From assembly GCA_051942205.1 (NCBI GenBank), contig JAVECO010000090.1, forward strand, positions 62,001-91,763: a stretch of 29,763 nt of DNA. Reading direction: 5' to 3'. Made by a program: the position numbers and the translations under genes. Origin of the DNA: Coniocarpon cinnabarinum. Its lineage: Eukaryota. The notes under the pieces are model-generated. The model saw only the letters and a program-made list of their open reading frames with translations, searched no databases and was not told the DNA's origin. Below are positions 21,283 through 29,763 of the stretch, piece after piece; the stretch's first letter is position 1; each line of letters begins with the position of its first letter.

Positions 21283-21786
21283 GTAAACTGAAGCCGCCTC
21301 ACTTTGATCAATGTCCGAGCTTGTCAGGAGCAGTGAGAGCAGTGCGTAGTGCAATCTGGCTTCTCCGAGTCCTGCGTTTCAGAATGACGATCTGGAGCGC
21401 GAGGGTGGGCCTGAAAACTTTTCGAGATGTGCAGTTCAACTGGCAGCGGGACTTCGGCTGGAAGCGGGAACGTTGGAATGTCTTTGCGCATGCACTCGGG
21501 TTAAGAAGGTCCAGATAATAATGACGATGTGGGTTATCAATGAACGTCACAGGCAGACTGACAAATTGTCAAGTATTCCAAACACGAAAGCGAAGCTGTG
21601 CTGGTGGGGCTCTGCTGACCCTCCGCGTGTTTCAGATGGCCCATGACTCGAGCATCTGATGCCTCAACTTAAACATTAAATGGACTTCGCTTACCGGCTT
21701 AGATGTCAAAGGCTTCACCCAGAACGAATGAAAGCAGTAAAGACAAGATGGGTAAGCGAGCAAGGCCGCAGAACGAGAGCCAGGCC

Positions 21787-24535
21787 TCAAGCGCTAGCCG
21801 TTCTACTCAGGGACGGACTACTGCCTCCTGTTTCATCTATCAAGTCTGCATTTCCCACCCCAAAGATCGTCGTCATCCAGTCCGCAAAGGTATCTGCATC
21901 CCACACGTCATCTCCCCGGCCTTTGCCCTTGTTTGGAGATGTCGGCGTCCTGCTTGCGCCATCCATATTTGCGTGGCGATCGAAGAAGTCTTCGTAGTTC
22001 GACACAGCTTGGTCTTGTATCGCCCCCGCCAGAGTATTCTTTGTGCGCGGGTCTTCCAGGTACTCGTCGAGCTTCTGTCGAAGGATCTTGACCTCGCGCT
22101 CCACAGATTTCCTGAGGATTTGCACCGCCTTGCCTGCATTGAAGTCAGATGTTGAGACTGCCGAGTCCGAAACGGCCGACGTCATGCGATCTGCGAAGCC
22201 TGTTGTGAAATGACCAATGACGGTGCGCAGCTGCGCATCAAGTTCTGCCTTTGCGTCAAGCATGTTCTCGACAACCCGAGGCATCAAGCTGTTGCCCAAA
22301 AGGCGAACTAGATTTGTCGCATTGAATAAACCACCGCGTTCTCGGAGCTCCCAGAATGTGCTGGTGATGCCTGAAAAGTCCACATCGATCTCCGGGGTGA
22401 CGAATTCTATGTCAAACGCGACAATCTGCTGTTTGAGTATCAGTAATTGTCGCAGCAGAAAAAGCTGGCCATCGATGGGCGACGTCTTGGCAGATATATG
22501 TTTTGAGGCATAAACTAGCGAGTATGTTGTTTGATGTACGATTTGATGAGCGAGGTCGTCGAATACCGTTGACTGTCTGCTGTCAGCTATATCAAGCATG
22601 TTTTGAGAAAGTCAAGTCGTACATTAACTAGTCTATAGATCTTACTGAGTAGCCAAATTGCTTTTTGAAGAGTTGGATACCAGCCTTGAAACGCTTCTGG
22701 CGCATCGTAGACATCCAGAACATCCCTATTCTCGCCGTCATGGCCTTTGCCAGCATCTTTCACAGTTACGGGAGGCGCTTGTGTAGAGCCTTTACGTCCT
22801 GACAGAGCAGGGCCTCCAGTTTTCGTTCCGGAAAGGGGCACGCTGCGAATGCGTGCTGGGTAGTTGAGGTCCTCAGGTCTAGGTTTGAATCGCTCTATAT
22901 CATCGCGCAAAACCGCCAAAGTCACAAATACCAGTCTGCTCTGCGAGTCCTCGAGTGTAGGTAGAATTAGGCCCGAGAAGTCTAACTGCTGTCTGTCCAC
23001 ATTATCGAACTCTTCCTCCCCTTCTTCCATGTAGCGTGCTTGAATGAGTGTGCACATTTCACACAGCTTTGACAGTTGTGTTTCGCGTATGGTGCGCGGA
23101 CGTAGATAGTCATATAGAGGTTCACAAACAGTTTCCAAGAAGGCGTAGAGGCCATCATCACCGTCAAACCACTCATGCCAGAGCTCGCATTCATCCATGC
23201 AAATTCCGCGAATATAGCTGATGCTGCTTCGGGCGAATGCCACGAGATCTTTCGATGTGCTCGGCGCAAGGGAGATTTCATCCATCTTCCGCCGCACAAG
23301 AGGTATGATGAGTCGACCACGCGCGGCACCATAACTTTGATGAAGTTCGTTCACGAGACTTTGATACTCTGCTTGCACGTTTTCGCCCGCAGATGGATCT
23401 GGCACTGCTCGTTTCTGGATTTCAAACGCCAATCTTTTGAGATCTGCAGCGTTCACACGGAACTTGGCGTACAACAGCGCTGGCATGGTAGTATCGTTCA
23501 ACTGTCTGTCCGCTATGCGCTGTGATACTTCGGCCGCCGTGGACCGCAGGGTGTCCGTGAAATATACACGAATAAGCGTCAAGCCACGTGTGAGCAAAAG
23601 TCGATATCGAGACCCGTATGTCGATGCTTCGCGCTGGCCAGGCTTTTTGCCCGAATTAGCATCAACAGACGAAACATGATTCAAACGTGACCCACATGTT
23701 TTTTCATGTATTCCAGACACTCATCTAGCTGAGCCAACATTCCTGTGAAATCATCGCTGCGCACAAAGTGCCGCACACCAGGTGCGTTCAATCTTCTTGT
23801 AATGGGGTCTAAGTAGTTGTAATACTGCAGATTGTGCTCAACGTCGTCTGCCAAAGACGACAGCCGCCGCTGCTCGGTGAGAAGACTTTCACACCGCGCC
23901 TGAAATGCAGCGGCCTGAGCTTCCACCCCATTAAATGTTCGTGTCAAACTCGAAAGGAGTTCCAGGTTGGCATCTGCATCCTTCAAGAGCGAGTCGAGAT
24001 GACGTCGAGAGGTCTGAAGCTCATCCAGATATAACCTGACATTTGGTGTTCTTAGCCCAATTTGCTCACATGCACATTTCCTGAGCACTCACTGGTACTT
24101 CCCGTGACTGGCCTCGAGCAGCTCATCCGCAACAGTATCGTCCTGCTCAATGGCATGAAGGTCTTCTTCAACGACCTCTGATGCTCTTCTGGACTTTTGA
24201 CCAATACTGTGTTGCCCTAGAATTGGCTGTTGTCTATGCCGTAGGCTTCGCGATGCATAGTGAAAGTCGGTATAAGATTTAGCGCGACGTGCAACGGTTG
24301 CTCGCGGAGGCTGTCGCTGGTCATCCGTTTCTAGGGTGACAAGAAGTGATTGATCTGGACGTGAAACATCAGCGAGGTCGTCCTCCTGCCAGACGCATTA
24401 ACGGCCGAACGCACCAGGGCGATCAAGTTGCTATCTTACGTTAGGTTGTTTTAAAAGCGAGACACGTCTAATATGTCGAACTTCTGGCCGCACCGGCGCA
24501 GCAGGCACGGTAGCGAACCATGCATCATCGTACAT
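21787..24535 (-). CDS. COG3: Conserved oligomeric Golgi complex subunit 3 (Sec34); exons 24535-24440, 24385-24093, 24035-23696, 23642-22623, 22572-21787
   Basis: Motifs LQYYNYLDPITRRLN, LYAKFR, CEPLYDYLRP, WYPTLQKAIWLLSKIYRLVN/STVFDDLAHQIVH and DGQLFLL. Four GT-AG introns preserve frame. Confidence 0.93.
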
Positions 24536-25346
24536 TTCACCCTGTGTGTGCACATTGGCCTCACGGAGTGTGTCTTTACTGTTTTCAATGGAATCTCATA
24601 AAAGTTCCCTGGCTCATCAGTCCCTGGTGGTGCTGGCCATCTCGAAGCAGCGATATTTATTGATGTACACTTGGATAATCCGGCAACCTTGCGATCTACC
24701 TATCCCTTTCGATTCCCACGTGACGTTGTATCGGGTCACGGTTCTGCATCTCACTGCTGCAAACTTCATCACCCTTGCACTCTTGGAGGCTGTTCGCATC
24801 CACACTGTTCCCAAGCTCTTTGGTGTAATGCAGGATCTCATGCGGATGTTTTGTTTCCACTGATCATGGAGTACAGATCAAATAAGGCCCGATTCTCGTT
24901 CACGCACTAGACTCACTACCCCACTTGTCGCTCAGATCGGGTCCAATAGAAGATGCGGCTGATCATTGGTACCTGCAGTAGGAGACTTATCCGGGTAAAC
25001 GGTGGAAGTTTCCAAAGCCTCATGCAGACAGCATAGTTCGTGAGTGTGACGCGATGGCTGCTGGAACTTGTGGCGGCCCCTATCGAGACCATGCGCTTCG
25101 GACCGATCGTTCACGATCGGTGTGACCCTTAACACTGCGCTTGGTGGTTTAACCTTGGCTGCCATGGCATCGCAACTGAGACGTGAATCATGAGGTGACT
25201 GACCAACGGGAGTTGACAACTGCTACACGAGCTAGTAGATAAGTGCGGTGTGAATGAATGGCTCGCTAGCATACTTAAGCTCTTCATCTAAGCACTGCTC
25301 TCATACGTTTTCCTCTCTTCACTTACTAGCAATGCACGCGTGCGCC

Positions 25347-27075
25347 ATGTGGAGGACGATAGTAGTTGCAGCAGCTTTTTGCGCCCTCGCGCTCGGTCAG
25401 AGCAGTACCTTGCCACCAGTTCCTCATGGAACACCCAGTCCTGGCAATTACAGTGGCCAGTATCGACCTCAGGTCCATTTCTCACCGCCAGTGGACTTCA
25501 TGAACGACCCCAATGGCTTGTTCGTAGACGACGACGGCACATGGCACATGTACTACCAATGTATGCGAACACTCTTACCGTACGAGGCATCGCTAATGAG
25601 AGGTACGAGACAATCCAACTGGCTTGGTAGCAGGCAATCAGCATTGGGGCCATGCTACGTCTCAAGACCTGTACACATGGATCAACCAGCCTATCGCCAT
25701 ATACGCAATCAACGAGTCTTCTTATATCTTTAGCGGCTCAGCTGTCGTTGACAGAAACAACACATCTGGTTTCTTTCCAACCCAAGACAACGGTGTTGTG
25801 GCAATATTCACCATCGCAACCTACGAGCCTGTATTGCTTCAATCGCAAGGTATTGCCTACTCACACGACGGTGGCTACTCCTTTGAGCTGTATGAAGGCA
25901 ATCCCGTCCTCGACATTGGTTCCAGTCAGTTCCGAGATCCCAAGGTCATTTGGTATGAAGATCATTGGGTGATGGCTATTGCTTATGCGGCAGATTTCAT
26001 GATCGGCGTCTATTCTTCTCCGGATCTGAAGAATTGGGCACACTCCTCAAATTTCTCTCACTATGGTCTGCTTGGTATACAGTACGAATGTCCTAATTTG
26101 GTCGAAGTACCCATTGATGATACCGACGAGACTATGTGGCTGCTGCAGATCTCAATCAATCCCGGGTCACCACAAGGTGGATCTTCATCGCAATATTTCC
26201 TCGGTGATTTTGATGGCTACACATTCTCCCCAAGGGATAACGTGACGAGGGTAACGGACTTTGCAAAGGATGCTTATGCGGGACAATTTTGGAGCAACCT
26301 CCCCATGGGTGAAGCTGTGTCGATCAACTGGGCCTCAAACTGGCAATATGTCCAAGTCACCCCGACAGGCCAAATCGAAGGGTGGAGGAGCTCGATGGCT
26401 ATACCGCGGCGGATATCCGTACGCAACCTGGACTTGGTTGGCTATACTGAGATTGCGCGTCCCTACGACCTGACACCGATTGTTGGAGAGACGCTAGCTT
26501 CACAGAGGATGGGAAACGGATCCTTTGCAGTAGACTATGCGAGCTCCTATTCACAGGCGTTATGGTTGTCTGTGAATATTACTAATTTGCCCCCATCAGC
26601 GAATCTGACAAGTGGGACAGTAAACATGACATTCTTATCGCCTATATCTGGGGAATACTTGAGAGCCGGCATGTATTTGGGCAATGGCAATTACTTCTTT
26701 GTCGACCGTAGCGGCACGCGAGGCTTCGATAATGTCTTCTTCACAGACAAATTTGCAGCTAGCCAAACACTCGGCAACTCATTACACTTCGACGTTATCA
26801 TCGATCGCTCCCTGTTCGAGACATTTGTGAACGACGGGGCCTCTTCCTCAACCACATCCTTCTACTCAACGATGCCCCTGACGTTGCTGAGTTTTGGCTC
26901 CAGCGATATGCCGGCAGACGCTTCGGTCAGTGCAGTCGTGTATGAATTGAAGAGTACCTGGCAGCCGCAGGAAAACGAATTGGGGACGGTGGTTGGTAAT
27001 GTCACGCAAGGAGGGTCAGGCACAAAGCGGCGGAGACATCCGCAGATGCTGTATGGGTCAGACGTGCAGCAGTAG
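25347..27075 (+). CDS. Secreted glycoside hydrolase family 32 (beta-fructofuranosidase/invertase); exons 25347-25560, 25610-27075
   Basis: Signal peptide [17 protein letters not shown]. Catalytic motifs FMNDPNG, FRDP and YECP, plus YYQ/YNP, HWGHATS and FSGS. Confidence 0.93.
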
Positions 27076-27443
27076 CACTGCTGCGGACCACCGCAAGAGC
27101 TGGGCACGGGGTACGTTGCCGTGGACGTGATGGACTGGAGAAAGGAAGAGTTGGAGGTCCGGCAAAGGGCAGCACGATGAAACGCGCGCCAAGGAAGACA
27201 CGTGTGACATCACACTGATGCCTCATTTGACGCTAGCGCCGTTCCCGCAAAAGCACATGCAACTGGAAGCTTGATCACCGTCAGCTACCTAGAGGTATCT
27301 CTCGTTTCCACTTGCGCAATTGCCAGACGCGTCCTCCGATATTTGCCAAATTCTTCCTTCTCCTCCTCTCGAGGCCCCCAGGCTCTGCCCCTTGCGCACT
27401 TGCCTCGCGGGTGAACCCATCATTCACCGACCCCGCTTTCACA

Positions 27444-29233
27444 ATGTCTTCTACGCAACCCTCGTCCAAAGAAGCATCGCAAAGCGTCACTCCAGTCACG
27501 TCGCGACCGGCTTCGCGGGAGCGTTCTTCTGCATCCACCCCAAATCCTGGCTCCCAGGCAGCGAGCCTGGACAAGACTCCTGATGACCCGTCAAAGTTTC
27601 GAACGTTCCTCAGCATTCTCAAGAAGTACGATACTCTCGTGGAGTTTGCCTGGCTGTAGCGAGGCGCTACGCCAGGAAGCCGATCCAAGACGCGGAGCAG
27701 CTGCTGACTTTGCGCGCGATGTAGCTTCATTGGCGTCTCCGACCTGGCGTCTGTGCGGTTCTCTCTGCCCGCACAACTTATGGAACCAATTCCAAATCTA
27801 GGTGCGTAGGGTCTTCCTTTGTCCAGATGACCCAGTGCTAGCTAACCAAGCTTTACAGAGTACTGGCATTACCTCGATCGACCAGAAACTTTCATCAGGT
27901 GCGTTACGGAGCTTCGTCGAAGCTGAAACAACATCTGACCGCTTTGTAGCATACCCGACTCCGACGACCCTCTTGGCCGCATGCTTGGCGCACTTCGTTT
28001 TTGGTTCTCTAAAGATCTCGTATGCGTCTGCAAACCTAGGAATAGACGCAAGATACAGAAGACTGACTGTAAGACCGCAGAAATACGTGAAGGGCAAGCC
28101 GTGCAAGCCCTACAATTCGACCCTGGGGGAGTTCTTTCGAGTACGCGCGTCCCTGACAACACTCACCGCATGGCCCCCACTAACCCGACCAGTGTAACTG
28201 GGACGTCACCGAAACCGATCCTCCACCCGTAGGCAACAAGCCAGCGAACACCACCGAACCAACATCAGACCAGCCTTTCACATTATCTTTCTTCTGTGAG
28301 CAAACGTCTCACCATCCCCCAGTCTCCGCATACTACATCTACTGCCCTGAGAAGGGCATCTCAGCTCGCGGGTACGACCAACTGCAAGCCAAATTCACCG
28401 GCACCAGTGTGCGCGTCGCGCCAGGCGAGTATAACAAAGGTATCTTTATCACCCTTGACAACTACGATAACGAGGAATACAACTTAACACATCCGGTCGC
28501 AAGCCTGGGTGGCTTGTTGAGAGGCACATTGAACATCAGTGTGGCAGATTCATGTTTCGTGACATGTGCCAAAACGCGGCTAAAAGCTATTTTGACATAT
28601 CAGGAAGAACGATGGATAGGCAAGGCACAGAACAAGATGACTGGCGTCATATTCAAGTACGACCCAGACAACGACACTCGAGTACGGATCAAAGACGTAC
28701 CAGACTCAGATGTTGTCGCGCGATTAGAAGGTTGCTGGCATGAGCAGATTTACTTCACTCTCGGTTCGAAATCTTTTGACAAATCTGTAAGTGTCACGAT
28801 CCATTCTGGATGTGTTCCCACCTGAAACTTTATTCAACTCGCGTATTCGTTGCTGAGGTGCTAATCCGAACCTCTTTTTTAGGACAAAAAACTTCTCATA
28901 GATTTAACTCCTCTCAACCCTGTTCCGAAATACTGTCCACCATGGGAGTATCAGCTTCCTAATGAGTCTCGCAAATACTGGGCGGACGTCACAGACGCCA
29001 TTCTCGACAAGCAATGGAACGAAGCGCAACGCGCCAAGAACGACATCGAAGACCGACAGCGAGCCAAGAAAGCGGAACGAGATGCTGAAGGGAAGTCGTG
29101 GACACCACGATTTTTCACAGGTTCAGTAGAGCCTGCCGGAACGCCGGAGTTGAACGAAGAGGGCAAAGAGGCGGTAGAGAAGCTGCATGAGAAGCAGTAT
29201 GAATTGAAGGAAAACGCAGAGATGGCTGCATGA
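27444..29233 (+). CDS. Oxysterol-binding-protein family lipid transporter (short ORD-only, Osh6/Osh7-like); exons 27444-27625, 27725-27801, 27859-27898, 27950-28019, 28081-28140, 28193-28786, 28883-29233
   Basis: IGVSDLASVRFSLP, KPYNSTLGEFF, OSBP fingerprint EQTSHHPPVSAY, ESRKYW..VT.AI, IEDRQR and WTPRFF. Six GT-AG introns all maintain frame. Confidence 0.92.
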
Positions 29234-29604
29234 GGTGGGTGTTGACGACGAACTGCAACCTGCGAACGGGACGTGCCGGGCACCGAGGGATGGACTATTT
29301 ATCGGCATTGCATGGGACGAGACGACAGATTATAGCGTACGACCACTTGGCTACGAACGGCGTTTGCAGGTTTTCTACTGCTCTTATGAGCTAATCGACG
29401 AAGGTCGCTATGGTACGGTGTACTAGACATAGAATCACGAGAGCTGAACTGAAATGTTAGAATCATGACGGCGCTTTCTGCGTCTGCTTCGTCAATTGCT
29501 TCTACGCCAACCACTCTTCTTCGGTCTGCATCTTCGACTTCATTGCTAATTGCTAGGGGTCTCTCGTCTGCCACGACACTCCAGACCTCAACATTAATTT
29601 CCGT

Positions 29605-29763
29605 CTACTTCTTTCGCTCCAACACCTCTTCCCACTGCACGCCACACCATTCCTCTCTCCAGCTCCATTCCGCTTCCGATCCCCGCGTGTCGCCATTACA
29701 ACAGTCACTCCCGCAAACGCCCACAACCACAGTCCCCCACTCCAACCCCTCCCCCAATACCTC
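29605..29763 (-). CDS. TSR4: 3' end of a TSR4/PDCD2-C-terminal-domain protein (uS5 chaperone, 40S biogenesis); enters from the right edge
   Basis: Frame reads EVLGEGLEWGTVVVGVCGSDC...WREEWCGVQWEEVLERKK*, matching the G(M/L)EWGT..V..C..DC...EE...VQWEE C-terminus of the PDCD2_C family. Confidence 0.8.
   Translation of the reverse strand, partial: EVLGEGLEWGTVVVGVCGSDCCNGDTRGSEAEWSWREEWCGVQWEEVLERKK

Noticed and set aside
555..29574. Numerous 60-190 aa antisense or alternative-frame ORFs in the ORF track
   Set aside because: They are shadows of real genes or chance ORFs, many with non-ATG starts and no motifs.
1..29763. Transposons, CRISPR arrays, rRNA or prokaryotic systems
   Set aside because: No transposase/RT motifs, terminal repeats, RIP-like AT-rich blocks, spaced direct repeats or rRNA signatures were seen. 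The window is ordinary fungal euchromatin.

Overview
Gene-dense eukaryotic DNA from a filamentous ascomycete (Pezizomycotina-type fungus), with short spliceosomal introns and CTRAY branch points. It holds about 15 protein-coding genes, in order: a Whi5-like repressor (partial), a YIL108W-like zinc metallopeptidase/jacalin protein, an AT-hook membrane protein, BNA6, HNT1, U2AF1, an Amo1/Nup42-like nucleoporin, a 93-aa two-TM ORF ending 10 nt before GPI1, GPI1, an orphan protein, CmkB kinase, COG3, a secreted GH32 invertase, an Osh6/7-like lipid transporter and the 3' end of TSR4. The standout is a hidden minus-strand tRNA-Asp(GTC) gene (6858-7162) split into three exons. One intron is a normal 49-nt tRNA intron at 37/38. 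The other is a 184-nt intron in the D-stem with full spliceosomal signals (GTGAGT ... ACTAAC/CTAAC ... TAG), which also carries a B-box-like element. Removing both introns gives a complete 72-nt cloverleaf. All exon/intron models were derived by eye and need RNA confirmation.
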